DNA of 63,904 bases, the filler included, from an uncultured bacterium (lineage in GTDB: Bacteria; Hinthialibacterota; Hinthialibacteria; Hinthialibacterales; Hinthialibacteraceae): NCBI GenBank assembly GCA_964449065.1. It is 4 parts of 4 records of this genome, joined end to end, with 100 filler letters (N's around TTAATTAATTAA, not from the genome) between each part and the next. Parts side by side here need not be neighbours in the genome. Positions count along the whole stretch, not along the records: positions 34,918 to 51,967 come from CAYVAZ010000076.1; 3 more parts are not named here. The stretch is one strand, 5' to 3'. Positions 37,395 to 48,004 of the stretch are shown here, piece after piece. The position numbers were made by a program, and so were the translations under genes. Within the stretch, counting starts at the first letter, position 1. The number at the start of each line of letters is the position of its first letter. A model generated the notes under the pieces. That model worked only from the letters and a program-made list of their open reading frames with translations. It was not told where the DNA came from and did no database searches.

Positions 37395-39005
37395 TTAGGT
37401 TAAATCGTCTTCGGGCAGCAATTTTTTGTATGCTTCATACTGCCGTTTCATGCGCGGCCATGCGGCTGTTTGCAGCACCAACAATAATACAAAAAACGCA
37501 ATCATGCCCATTAAAGATATAAATTCCATCGAGGGCATTTCGGTTCTATTCACCACATATTTTGTGTATTGCTGCCAGAACCATGATCCGATGATTACCA
37601 GTAAAAAGACCGGGCTGATAAAGGTGATGATAAACTTGAATATCTTGGGAAGTTTCATATCCGAACCCAGTTGGGCTTCTTCCATCCCTTTATCGACGTT
37701 TAAGACGAACACGAAGATTAACACTTCCACCAACGCCAGTATCGGGATGGCGACCGTACCGGCATAATTATCCATGGCGGCCAACACATCCAATCCGGGA
37801 GAAAGAATCACAAAGCTGGCGCCCAAAAAGGTGATGATTCCTAAAATGGCTACGGAACCGTGCCGCTTCATGCCAAAGCCTTCTTCAAAAAAAGCAATCG
37901 CGGGCTGCAGCATCGATAGCGATGATGTCACACCCGCCAAAAAGAGCAAAAAGAAAAACAGCGTGCCAAACCATTGCCCGCCCGGCATCATTCCAAAGAT
38001 TTGCGGCATGGTCACAAAGCCGATGCTGAAGGAACTTTGCCCCGCCACCACCTGCATTTGGCTCGCTCCTAAAAAGATAAACGCGGCGGGAATGACCATC
38101 AGGCCACCCAAAACCACTTCACAAAACTCATTGGTCGCGCTGGCGGTTAATCCCGAAAGAATGACATCATCATCTTTCTTTAAATAACTTGAATAGGTCA
38201 CGATTACACCGAAACCGACGGAGAGGGAGAAAAAAATCTGTCCGCAGGCGGCAATCCAAACCTGGGCGTTCCCCAATTGTGACCAGTCCGGGTTCCACAT
38301 AAAGCCCAACCCATTGATGAAACTCTGTTCCGGTTGCTCAGGATTGGCGCCGAGCGTCAACACCCGAATCACAATAATGATAGCCATAACAACCAGCAGA
38401 GGCAGCGCGTATTTGCAAAAAATTTCAATCCCTTTTGACAGACCGCGGTAAATTATGATAAAGTTTATAAAAAACGTAATAATAAAAAATGTATACGCTG
38501 TGGTGATAGAAGAGAAATATTCGGAGGTGTCCGTCGTACTGCCATTAAATTCATTAAAGAACTGGCTGTACGCTTCACTGCCCTGCGCATCCAAGTTCAG
38601 CGCGCCTTGCAGCATATACCAGGCATACGCCAGACACCACGATTCGATATACACATAATACATATAAATCACGACCGGAATAAACAAACCCAAGGCCCCA
38701 AAATACCGCGCAACAGACCCGTGGGTTAATACGCTGAAGATCCCGGGGGAGGAAGAAAGTCCGGACAGCCGGCCGGCACGGCGGCCCATAATCCACTCGG
38801 CCCAGCAAATGGGAATACCAACAAGTAAAAAGGCCAAAAAATAGGGCACCATAAAGGCGCCGCCGCCATTATCGGCAACCTGCCCCGGAAAGCGCAAAAA
38901 ATTCCCCAAACCGACCGCGCTTCCCGCCACCGCTAGGATCACCCCAACCTTTGTGCTCCACGATTCACGGGCGGGCAGTTTGATTTGTTTATTGTTATCA
39001 GACAT
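37395..39005 (-). CDS. Sodium-dependent transporter, NSS/SNF (LeuT-like) family
   Basis: RESWSTKVGVILAVAGSAVGLGNFLRFP, GGGAF, QIFFSLSVGFG and AGVTSSLSM motifs. Confidence 0.95.
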   Translation of the reverse strand: MSDNNKQIKLPARESWSTKVGVILAVAGSAVGLGNFLRFPGQVADNGGGAFMVPYFLAFLLVGIPICWAEWIMGRRAGRLSGLSSSPGIFSVLTHGSVARYFGALGLFIPVVIYMYYVYIESWCLAYAWYMLQGALNLDAQGSEAYSQFFNEFNGSTTDTSEYFSSITTAYTFFIITFFINFIIIYRGLSKGIEIFCKYALPLLVVMAIIIVIRVLTLGANPEQPEQSFINGLGFMWNPDWSQLGNAQVWIAACGQIFFSLSVGFGVIVTYSSYLKKDDDVILSGLTASATNEFCEVVLGGLMVIPAAFIFLGASQMQVVAGQSSFSIGFVTMPQIFGMMPGGQWFGTLFFFLLFLAGVTSSLSMLQPAIAFFEEGFGMKRHGSVAILGIITFLGASFVILSPGLDVLAAMDNYAGTVAIPILALVEVLIFVFVLNVDKGMEEAQLGSDMKLPKIFKFIITFISPVFLLVIIGSWFWQQYTKYVVNRTEMPSMEFISLMGMIAFFVLLLVLQTAAWPRMKRQYEAYKKLLPEDDLT

Positions 39006-39442
39006 ACGATCCCCCATTTATTTTTCTGATATTGAACTGGATCATCTGTAAATTTTATGTTTTAGCATAATCCGTTCCTGTTGTAAAAGTGAATGAAAGG
39101 TTTAATTCCCAAGATGTGAAAATGGCTTCTGAATGAAATTCCTGGGAATGTGTAACATCAATGACAGCAAGTGTTGGAAAAAAACAGAGAAGAACAGAAC
39201 AACATTTTTTGAAAAAACCATTGATATTTTGTTTAAACAATGATAACTTTAAATGCTCTATAGAGTTTAAGATTTTTTTAGAACAACCATCTATGTAAAG
39301 AATTATTACAGATTAAATTTTTAAAGATTGGGTAGGTCATACTATTATGATCTGCACATAAAGATGTTTTAATGTATTTTGTAGAATACTTTCGCAGGCA
39401 TTTTTCTACTTTGATATGCGGCTATTCCTTAAAGGTTGGTAA

Positions 39443-40396
39443 ATGGCGAGCGCAGACTTTCAAGAAGCTTCCGAGCAGTTTAAAGACGAAATTATCACGC
39501 AGTTTCTCAAAGCGAATCCCGGGGTGAAGCGCAGCGAGGTAACCCTTCGCTATGTGAACGGGAAAGTTGTGTGCGAACATATCTCCAATACCTTTGCCGA
39601 TCTTTCCAAACGGAAAATACGATCCAAAGAAGAACAGCAGCTTCTGAACGAACTGGCTAGTGGTGGAGACAAACGGTATTCCATTTGTTTGGAATCGATT
39701 AGTTCTTCCCGCCAGTTTTCCGACTGGCTGGTTGATTCTCCCGGTATTGCTTACGATGAAATGGACCGCGGCGAAACCAACCGCTTTTTGGAACGCCGCG
39801 AACAGCTCAGCGCCAATTATGCTTTAGAACTGAACGGTTTCAAAAAGAAAATCGCCAAACTGATGGAAAGCGAAGAAGAAACACCCGAAGAACAGGTCAA
39901 ACTGTTAATGACCGAATATTTTCAATCCTCACACGCCCAACTCAAATGCCAAAAAAGCGTGATGGAAAAAGAATGCGAATTGGGCGATATGTTTACCGAT
40001 TATTCGGAAGAATTTATTAAAGAGCACTATTTGGAACTCAAACCCAAAGCCGGTCCCAAAACCGTGGATGCCATCAAGCAAGCCTACAACATCCTGCGCA
40101 GTTCCATCATCGATATGGAGGAAGTGGATGCCAAAGAAAAAATCACCAGCAAAGCGCAGCTCAAGAAATTGGCCGGGGGATTAAACAAACTCAACAATCA
40201 ACTCAACACCAAACGGCAGCAGCTCGAGGCCATCCAAAAAATGATCGCGTTCTTGGAAGAATTGGTGGCGACCATGAAGCAGGAGCAACACAAAAAGCCG
40301 CCCCCCAAACCAAAAGCCAAATCCGGTTCCACAAACGAACCGGAAAAACGCATGGCCTTTTTGGCCCGCGCAAAAAAATTGATCACGCGGGGTTGA
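39443..40396 (+). CDS. Hypothetical alpha-helical/coiled-coil protein
   Basis: 317-aa charged ORF with genome-typical codon usage. Confidence 0.75.
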   Translation: MASADFQEASEQFKDEIITQFLKANPGVKRSEVTLRYVNGKVVCEHISNTFADLSKRKIRSKEEQQLLNELASGGDKRYSICLESISSSRQFSDWLVDSPGIAYDEMDRGETNRFLERREQLSANYALELNGFKKKIAKLMESEEETPEEQVKLLMTEYFQSSHAQLKCQKSVMEKECELGDMFTDYSEEFIKEHYLELKPKAGPKTVDAIKQAYNILRSSIIDMEEVDAKEKITSKAQLKKLAGGLNKLNNQLNTKRQQLEAIQKMIAFLEELVATMKQEQHKKPPPKPKAKSGSTNEPEKRMAFLARAKKLITRG

Positions 40397-40453
40397 TACG
40401 GCCGTTCCCTCCACTACCGTACACACAAGACCGAACATGAAAAAAGAAACGCA

Positions 40454-41692
40454 ATGTCAATGATTATATCTATAACCGTCATTTTGCTCATCCTCAATTG
40501 GGGGACACGGATTTGGTTGGAACGACTGAATGTGACATACGCCGAGTCCGCCGCCAAAGAAAACAAAAACGATACACCGCATTATTCGTGGGAAGAAAAA
40601 GATAAGGCGCTCGCCTATCTGCAAGGCAAAAGCAAACTCGCCTATATCGATTTCACATACGGTACGGTGATATTGGCCCTCGCGCTCTTCAGCGGGGTTT
40701 TGCCTTTCTACTTCCAATACTTGGATGCCGTGTTGGGCGCTTCTATTTGGAGCGGTTCGCTCATTTTGTTTTCTGTGCCGCTCATTATCAGCGCGTCCGA
40801 ACTGCCGTTGGATTGGTACCGTCAATTTGTGCTGGAAGAGAAGTTCGGTTTTAACAAAACCACGCAGTCCTTGTGGTGGTGGGACCGCTTTCTCGGCCTG
40901 ATGCTGGCGGTTATCTTACTGTATCCCTTATTGGTTTTGATTTTGTGGATAGTTACTCTGATCCCGGACACCTGGTGGCTGTGGGTATGGGCGGTGTTGA
41001 TCGGCTATCAGTTCATGATATTGATCATCGCCCCCAATTGGATTATGCCATTGTTTAATACGTTTTCTCCGTTGAAGGATGAATCGCTGAAACAACGTCT
41101 GCAAGACATAGCGCAACAGGCAGGGGTCGAATTCGAAAGCATCAGCGAGGTGGATGGCAGCAAACGCTCCACTCACTTGAACGCCTTTTTAAGTGGCTTG
41201 GGCAAATACAAGAAGATTGCGTTATTCGACACACTGATGGAACAACTCAGTGAAGATGAAATCGTTTCCGTCACCGCGCATGAATTGGGGCACTTCAAGA
41301 AAAAGCATATTCTGAAACGAATGCTCATGATGAGCGTTTTGCTGTTGGTAGAACTGTATGTTATGTATCAATTGATTCAGCAGCCCTGGCTGTTTGAAGC
41401 CTTTGGATTCGAACCCGGAAACATTGCTACCGGCTTGCTGTTGATTTCATTTCTAGGCGGCTTAGTTACCTTCTGGCTGAATCCCCTGGAGAATTACATC
41501 TCGCGCAAACACGAATACGAAGCCGATGCCTTCGCCAAAGAACTGATGAACCAATCCGAACCGATGATTACCGCCCTGCAAACCATCGAAAAAGCCAACC
41601 TCGGCAATCCCACACCCCACCCGCTTTACAGCGCGTTCTATTATTCGCATCCGACTGTGCAGGAACGGGTAAACGCTTTGCGCTCATCATAA
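40454..41692 (+). CDS. M48 family (Ste24-like) membrane metallopeptidase
   Basis: LEEKFGFNK, DGSKRSTHLNAF, AHELGH, EYEADAFA and YSHPT.ER motifs. Confidence 0.93.
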   Translation: MSMIISITVILLILNWGTRIWLERLNVTYAESAAKENKNDTPHYSWEEKDKALAYLQGKSKLAYIDFTYGTVILALALFSGVLPFYFQYLDAVLGASIWSGSLILFSVPLIISASELPLDWYRQFVLEEKFGFNKTTQSLWWWDRFLGLMLAVILLYPLLVLILWIVTLIPDTWWLWVWAVLIGYQFMILIIAPNWIMPLFNTFSPLKDESLKQRLQDIAQQAGVEFESISEVDGSKRSTHLNAFLSGLGKYKKIALFDTLMEQLSEDEIVSVTAHELGHFKKKHILKRMLMMSVLLLVELYVMYQLIQQPWLFEAFGFEPGNIATGLLLISFLGGLVTFWLNPLENYISRKHEYEADAFAKELMNQSEPMITALQTIEKANLGNPTPHPLYSAFYYSHPTVQERVNALRSS

Positions 41693-41873
41693 GTTGATGA
41701 CATAAAAGCCCTCAATCAATGGATACTTCTTTTTCATTGTAACGGCGGTACTTGTTTGTCATTTTGATGAACCAACGATTGATTTCAAGAACATGCAACC
41801 CTTGAAGGGCGCTCTTTTTTTGATATTATATGTTTAAACGAATATCCTTTTGACGATAATAAGGAGATAGATT

Positions 41874-42572
41874 ATGATTGTCATTCGAAGATCCAAAGAC
41901 AGAGGTCGTACCGACTGGGGCTGGCTGGACAGCCGCCATACCTTTTCATTTGGAGACTATCAAGACCGGGCGCATAAAGGATTCCGCGCCTTGCGTGTCA
42001 TCAACGATGATCGTATTGCCGCCGGCAAAGGATTCGGGACGCACCCTCACCGCGATATGGAAATTATCAGCTATGTGCTGAAGGGTTCGTTGCAGCACAA
42101 AGACAGCATGGGGAACGGTTCGACGATTCAAGCGGGTGAAATTCAAAAGATGAGCGCCGGTTCGGGCATCACGCACAGCGAATACAACCCATCCAGCGAA
42201 ACCAGCACCCATTTCTTGCAGATATGGATATTTCCGGATGAGAAAGGGATTGAGCCGGAATACGATCAGCAAAAAGTGGATTTGGATTCCAACCCCAATC
42301 AGTGGATTTTGTTTGCTTCCGGGTTCAAAGATGACGGTTTGATTCACATTCATCAAGATGCCAAGATATGGGGCGGCCGCTTTGATACGGCATCGACTCC
42401 AACCTTTGATTTTGTAGACGGCAGAGCGGGATGGCTTCATGTCATTGCGGGTGAGGTATTACTCAGCGGTCAGACACTTACAGAAGGAGATGGCGTACAG
42501 ATTGAAGATGAGTCCAAAATCGCTATCAAAATTAACCAACCTGCTGAACTGTTATTGTTTGATTTGAAATAA
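41874..42572 (+). CDS. Pirin family protein (YhhW-like)
   Basis: WLDSRHTFSF, LRVINDD, HPHRDMEI and MSAGSGITHSE motifs. Confidence 0.95.
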   Translation: MIVIRRSKDRGRTDWGWLDSRHTFSFGDYQDRAHKGFRALRVINDDRIAAGKGFGTHPHRDMEIISYVLKGSLQHKDSMGNGSTIQAGEIQKMSAGSGITHSEYNPSSETSTHFLQIWIFPDEKGIEPEYDQQKVDLDSNPNQWILFASGFKDDGLIHIHQDAKIWGGRFDTASTPTFDFVDGRAGWLHVIAGEVLLSGQTLTEGDGVQIEDESKIAIKINQPAELLLFDLK

Positions 42573-42712
42573 AAGAATTTCGACCGGTCTCTTTCAAATC
42601 TTTTATTTTAATTCGATGCAGACTATTGAATTTATACCATGAAAATGCAACACTATACTTGTGTTAATTTTCTGTATCGCTGTGACGATTATTATGGTTA
42701 AGGAGAAGAAGG

Positions 42713-43525
42713 ATGGCGGAGTGGAGGGTGTATGGATGCGGCTCGGTATCGTCAAACCGCTCTCTGCAAAGCAGCTATGAGTTTGTAGACGGCAACGCCC
42801 GCCTACAAGTTGATATGGGCAATGGGGCAATCTACCATCGGTGTAAAGTAGAAGGCGATATCCGCTCGGTCTTGGATTCGATTTCTCATTTGGTGATCAC
42901 CCACGGCCACCACGACCACACCGTTGATTTGGCCCGCCATATAGTCGCTTGGAAATACACACCCGGCTATAGCCCGGGATATCCGGTGCATGTTTATTTA
43001 ACCGAAGAATCCAAAACGGAAATTCAAAACCTGATTGACAGTTCCGGTTTCAAGGGGATTTTTGAAGAGATCTATATCCCTCATATCATTGAACCGGGGC
43101 AATCGTTTTTTGTTGACGGGTTGCAAGTTACTCCTTTTTACGTCGAACACATGGAAGGAACTATCGGGGTCAACATTTTGACCCAAGATGGAGTGAAGGT
43201 AACCATTACCAGCGACACCCGCTACTTTGAATCGTTATCTTCTAATTTTCACGGTACCGATTTGCTTGTGACCGAAGCCAGTTTTTTAGACAACACCCAT
43301 CCCATGCATTTAACCCTCAAGGAAGCGGCGGAAGTTGCCAGCGAAGCCAACGCGAAAAATCTGTTGTTGGTGCATTTCTACCCGGAAATGGAAGCGAGAA
43401 CGGAAGAAGAAATACGGCAGATCGCCTCGCAGTGGTACTCTGGGAATGTGTTTTGTGCCCAAGACGGGCTTGCGCTGAGTTGGGACGCGCAAGCCCGGTC
43501 TTGGCAGCCGCGCATGATGTTTTGA
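42713..43525 (+). CDS. MBL-fold metallo-hydrolase (RNase Z/PhnP-like)
   Basis: ITHGHHDH, SDT, EAS, HLT..EA and LVHFYP motifs. Confidence 0.85.
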   Translation: MAEWRVYGCGSVSSNRSLQSSYEFVDGNARLQVDMGNGAIYHRCKVEGDIRSVLDSISHLVITHGHHDHTVDLARHIVAWKYTPGYSPGYPVHVYLTEESKTEIQNLIDSSGFKGIFEEIYIPHIIEPGQSFFVDGLQVTPFYVEHMEGTIGVNILTQDGVKVTITSDTRYFESLSSNFHGTDLLVTEASFLDNTHPMHLTLKEAAEVASEANAKNLLLVHFYPEMEARTEEEIRQIASQWYSGNVFCAQDGLALSWDAQARSWQPRMMF

Positions 43526-43568
43526 GATTCAGTGACGAGTGACAAGTGACGAGTGGATAGTAAAAACA

Positions 43569-43596
43569 GCAGGGGCACGTTGCGGCGTGCCCCTGC
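43569..43596. repeat. REP palindrome (variant of 32062)
   Basis: GCAGGGGCACGTTGCGGCGTGCCCCTGC. Confidence 0.7.
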
Positions 43597-43619
43597 CTAT
43601 TTAATGCAAACACTTCTTA

Positions 43620-43766
43620 TACCAAGTTGCAATGAGAATGTTAGATAAAATAGAGTGAGCAAAGATGGTCATGGTGGGCTACGCTTCGCTTTGAGCCCAC
43701 CCTACTGGGTTCATCACCCCGTATGGTTGTGTAAAAGATAACTCACTTTTTATATGTAACTTGGTA
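43620..43766. mobile_element. MITE family C (147 bp) with TTA target duplication and an internal REP
   Basis: TIRs TACCAAGTTGCA / TGTAACTTGGTA (11/12). TTA on both sides (43617-19, 43767-69). Internal GGTGGGCT...AGCCCACCCTAC at 43673-43705. Confidence 0.72.
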
Positions 43767-43792
43767 TTAATGCTAAAGCTTCCGTTCAGAAA

Positions 43793-46700
43793 TTAATTTT
43801 GTGCGATTTTGTTATTTGCGATGACTTCGATACCGCACAAGACCGCGTCTTGATCTTCGCTGCCGGTGGTTGGGTTGAATTCCAGCGCCAATTCTTTTGC
43901 CACTTCAACATCTTTAAACTCTTTCACGATGCCGGTGCGCAGCCCGCCGGATTCTTTGGCTACATCCAATCCTTCAATAACGGTTTTGCCTTGCAGCGCA
44001 ACATCAAATACCCGCTTGCCCGCTTTGCCGTGTTCCGGGTCCATGAAGAACAAGCGGACGGTGTATTTTTGGGTTTGCTCCATCGATGGTGTCAGCTTGA
44101 CCGATATCTTCCGTACACCTTCCACGCCGGATGCTTCCACGTATTTCAGTTTCGCTCCGGAAACGCGGCTGGAGTGATTGAGAAAATACTTCGGTTCCGC
44201 GGGTTCGGTTGTGACAGGCAGTTCCGGTGAAGGGCCGCCGATGGCGGGGTAATCCAGCCAAAGGGTACCGTTATCGGCACGGCGGTCGCCGGGGGCGCCC
44301 AAATTGATGCCGAGTTGCTGAATCGGGGCTTGATCATCCAACTCAAACTCATTGAAGGTCCACATCTCTACATCCGGGTCGTGGATCATGGCAAGGGAGG
44401 TTTGGTTTTGGTAGCTGCATGAGCAGGTGCGGGTGTAATCCGGCGCGTTTAATATGCCATTGGCCACGATAAGGTTTGACGTGCAACTGGATTTGAATCC
44501 GCCGAAGTTTCCGGTACCGCCTTCGGTTACGAGATCATAGAACCCGGCAGAAGCGGAACGAAAGGTCATAAAGTTCTCGCTGGCAATGGCATAGTCGCAC
44601 CCGTAATTGCGTTGGTATTGCCAGGGCGATTCTTGACCGGTTAACGGGTTTTTGTGCGTGACCTGCTCGCCGGATGTTAAGTGATAGGCATAACGGTCGG
44701 TGATGATTTGATCCTTGTGCAGGATGCAGGGGCCGCCATAGCGGGCATCGTTTGACCATAATCTCTCACCGGTGCTTGCTTGATAGGCCATCATGCCGTT
44801 GCCTTCTTCGCCGTAGAGCATATCGCGGGAAGGACGTCCGGCTTGCAGTAGCAGGTTATGCTCTTCGGAATAGCCCAACCAGGTACCGAAGACATTTTCG
44901 TCATTGCCCCATTTTTCTTTGCCGGTTTTTATATCGAACGCATGGATGCTGGGAGTGCCGGGCAATTCCAAACCGCGGCGTTCCAGCGCTTCGGTTACGG
45001 TTGGGGGCATTTTATCAATGCAATATACAAGGCCGTTTCCGGCAACAATCGCGTTGTGGTTGAGGCCGAGTTCGGATACAAAATCCCATTGCTTTTCACC
45101 GCTGTAGCGGTCAAACACCACCAAACGTTTGCTGGAACTGATGTCATAGTTCAAAAACACTTTGCGTTTTTCGCGCATATCTTCGGGAATGTCGATGTAA
45201 TCCATATAGCTGACAAAACCCGCCCCGGCGATGAGGTAATCTTCGTAAACGCCAACATAGCCCCAATTGTTGTCGGCGCCTTCATCACTGTATTCCGGCA
45301 GAGTGATGGTCATTAAATCTTTGCCGGTTTCGGTATCCAGAACCAAGCAGTGGTTTTGTTTCACCAAATAGATGCGGTCTTCGGTAACCACATAGTTGGT
45401 GCCGCGGGCATTGGCGCCGGGGATGTGGATTTGGTTGTAAGCGGTATCGAGCGGTGTATCTTTGTAGGTTTCATCGTAATAGACACCGAAGTTGTCTAAG
45501 TCAGAGAAGGCGCGTTTCCACAAGACGCGGCCGGTGTAGACATCGCGGGCGCTGAGGCTGTCCATCCCTTCGATGAACATTTTGCCCCCTACCACCTGCT
45601 CGGGCGGACTGTGACTGTGGCGGGGTAATACGTCCATGTTGGAACTGCCGCCGTACCACAAGATCCCAAGCGGCAATTTAACCAATTGGTCATCCGATTT
45701 GATGGTGTTGGCAATGTCACCGTATTGATGCGTCCAATCGGCTGAACCGGGCAGCGCGCCTTCGCGGCGCACCAAGGTGTAATCCGCGTTGGCGATGATG
45801 TTGGCGTTCACCAAACCGGCTTCTTTAAGATTGTTGGCAACGCTATCGTTATTGCCGGCGTTCGAGATGTACATCGTGCCGCCGTAAGGGCGCAACGATT
45901 CATAAAGGCTTTTGAGCACATCTGTAGAAAGTTGATCTTTTGCGGTATGTGCCGCATCGATGTATATTACGCTGAACACATAAGGCGGGGCGTTGAAGGT
46001 ATCAACCGCACCCGGTTTGAAGGAGATGCGCTTGCCGTGCAGCCCGGCATCCACAAAACGGTTGCGCCATTTAAGGATGTTGCTTGGGTTTTCTTCGACA
46101 ACGCTAAGGTATAAGTCAGACTGCTCAACCATTGCGTGAAGCAAATTGCTATCTTTAATGTTGTAGGCCAGACCGTAGCCCTCTTCAATACCGATGGTGT
46201 TGAGGATGAGAGCGGCTTTTTCCTCTGTTTCGGAACCAAGGTCAAATGACTTTGCTACATTCTCATAATGCACCGGCTCTTTTTCCTTGCCGCCGAAGGC
46301 GTAGATTTTCCCGTCCAGCGTTACAACAAACAATTGGCCGTTGGCGGCAACGATGCGTTTTACATCGCCGTCCACTGCGGCTTTCCAAGATACAGTGGGT
46401 TCTTCGCCCTCTTGGGGGATGTCGATGGCGGCGACTTGACCGGTTCCGCCAACATAGAGACGGCTGCCCGCTTTGATGATTTCACCCTGGCCGTCTATTT
46501 CCACTTCCCAATGGGTGTCGGCATCCGGTTTGGTTTCGGTGACGATTTTCGATTCACCGGTATCTCCGTCTTTTTCTCGTTTTTGGAACTCTTTCATTTC
46601 CACGGTCTTTGCGGATACGGTTTCGCCCTTGCAGTAAAAGGTCTCTCCATCCACTACCGGCACTTTACCGAGACCGGCGAGAATCCGCTCTCCGGTTTTG

Positions 46701-47599
46701 ATGTCATACAGGTTGGTGACATGATCGCGGTGATAGTTGACGAAATAGTTGTCGTTCGCGGTTACGAAGGCGCCGCCGGTTTTTCCTGATGAGGCCAATT
46801 GATAGTATTCAAATTCACCGGTGGCACGATTGAAGCTGGCGGGGACAGACCGTCCGCCCGGAACCAGCAAACGCTCTTCTGTGGCAACCAAAGCGCCTTG
46901 CGGGGCAATGCCGGCAAATGACGGGGAGTTATGGGGCTGTTTAATGAAGGGGGCACTGCTGCTGTCGTTGATCCAAAGTTCTTCGCCGCTTTCGGCATCC
47001 AGTGCAAACAAAAACACACCCATGAACGGCCATATCCCGGACCCGAAATACACGATCCCGTCTTTGATGACAGGGCCGCCGCGCGCGCTCCAAGTGGAGA
47101 CCAAGCGCTCGTTGCCGATAATGTTGCGGTCGGATGAAACGCTGTTGTACTTCCAAACCAGCGTGCCATCGGATGCGTTTACGCAATACAGATACCCATC
47201 ATCGCTGGTGATGTAGACTTTGCCTTGATAGGAGGAAGGCGGAAACCGCACCGGGCCGTTGGTGTAAAAGGCCCATTCTTCTTCGCCGGTTTGGGTATTC
47301 AGCGCGACCACCCGGTCAAACGCGTTCGACGCAACAAACATCTTATCACCCATCACGATGGGTTCATATTGGGTGTCATACTGCATCAAATCCAGGTTAA
47401 GGGGGTCGTCCCACACGGGTTCCAACTGCGGGTATTTCCGCACCCATTGCAGATATAGTTTTGCCGGTAGTTGCTCGGGTGAGTTGGCGCTGCGGTATGA
47501 ATCATAGCGCCATTGGGGCCAGTCTTCCGCCATAACGGCAGTGCTGGCAAATAGCATGAGTGATGCCAGAATTGCAAATGCGATTCCCATTCTTTTCAT
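43793..47599 (-). CDS. Secreted PQQ-like/BamB beta-propeller protein with central methyltransferase-like segment and C-terminal malectin domain
   Basis: Signal peptide then EDWPQWRYD, many (D/N)xxTGxxxW blades, LRPYGG, second WTHQYGD start, YTVRLFF...KRVFDVALQG malectin-type end. Confidence 0.85.
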   Translation of the reverse strand: MKRMGIAFAILASLMLFASTAVMAEDWPQWRYDSYRSANSPEQLPAKLYLQWVRKYPQLEPVWDDPLNLDLMQYDTQYEPIVMGDKMFVASNAFDRVVALNTQTGEEEWAFYTNGPVRFPPSSYQGKVYITSDDGYLYCVNASDGTLVWKYNSVSSDRNIIGNERLVSTWSARGGPVIKDGIVYFGSGIWPFMGVFLFALDAESGEELWINDSSSAPFIKQPHNSPSFAGIAPQGALVATEERLLVPGGRSVPASFNRATGEFEYYQLASSGKTGGAFVTANDNYFVNYHRDHVTNLYDIKTGERILAGLGKVPVVDGETFYCKGETVSAKTVEMKEFQKREKDGDTGESKIVTETKPDADTHWEVEIDGQGEIIKAGSRLYVGGTGQVAAIDIPQEGEEPTVSWKAAVDGDVKRIVAANGQLFVVTLDGKIYAFGGKEKEPVHYENVAKSFDLGSETEEKAALILNTIGIEEGYGLAYNIKDSNLLHAMVEQSDLYLSVVEENPSNILKWRNRFVDAGLHGKRISFKPGAVDTFNAPPYVFSVIYIDAAHTAKDQLSTDVLKSLYESLRPYGGTMYISNAGNNDSVANNLKEAGLVNANIIANADYTLVRREGALPGSADWTHQYGDIANTIKSDDQLVKLPLGILWYGGSSNMDVLPRHSHSPPEQVVGGKMFIEGMDSLSARDVYTGRVLWKRAFSDLDNFGVYYDETYKDTPLDTAYNQIHIPGANARGTNYVVTEDRIYLVKQNHCLVLDTETGKDLMTITLPEYSDEGADNNWGYVGVYEDYLIAGAGFVSYMDYIDIPEDMREKRKVFLNYDISSSKRLVVFDRYSGEKQWDFVSELGLNHNAIVAGNGLVYCIDKMPPTVTEALERRGLELPGTPSIHAFDIKTGKEKWGNDENVFGTWLGYSEEHNLLLQAGRPSRDMLYGEEGNGMMAYQASTGERLWSNDARYGGPCILHKDQIITDRYAYHLTSGEQVTHKNPLTGQESPWQYQRNYGCDYAIASENFMTFRSASAGFYDLVTEGGTGNFGGFKSSCTSNLIVANGILNAPDYTRTCSCSYQNQTSLAMIHDPDVEMWTFNEFELDDQAPIQQLGINLGAPGDRRADNGTLWLDYPAIGGPSPELPVTTEPAEPKYFLNHSSRVSGAKLKYVEASGVEGVRKISVKLTPSMEQTQKYTVRLFFMDPEHGKAGKRVFDVALQGKTVIEGLDVAKESGGLRTGIVKEFKDVEVAKELALEFNPTTGSEDQDAVLCGIEVIANNKIAQN

Positions 47600-47617
47600 C
47601 GAACTCCTCCATAAAGT

Positions 47618-47947
47618 TTATTTTTCAATCATGTCGTATACTTGCACGCGCTCCCAAATATCTTGGTTCCGGTCAATAAATTTTTGGTGGGTATCGATTT
47701 CTTGATAGAAATCGTGGCCCTCTTTGTCGTCAAAGCGCACAATTAAATTGACGGCAAAACTGTTATCCACCACATCGCGCGGGGTGCCTGCGGGGATGCC
47801 GACATGCAGTTCACGCACGGTTGTGATCGATCCCAAATACGATTTGCAGTCGTCAATCAATTGTTCAACGCGTTCCGCGGGAGTGCCTTCTTTCACCCAA
47901 AAATAGACAATATGAAAAAACTGTTTTTCCGGAAAATATGCGTCCAA
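47618..47947 (-). CDS. Dabb family (stress-responsive A/B barrel) protein
   Basis: FFHIVYFW, RDVVDNSF and YQEIDTHQKFI motifs. AAGGAG before TTG 47947. Confidence 0.85.
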   Translation of the reverse strand: MDAYFPEKQFFHIVYFWVKEGTPAERVEQLIDDCKSYLGSITTVRELHVGIPAGTPRDVVDNSFAVNLIVRFDDKEGHDFYQEIDTHQKFIDRNQDIWERVQVYDMIEK

Positions 47948-48004
47948 TGTATCTCTCCTTGTGATTGAGAACCATGAAGGTATCACATAAATGTTTTCAT
48001 TGTA

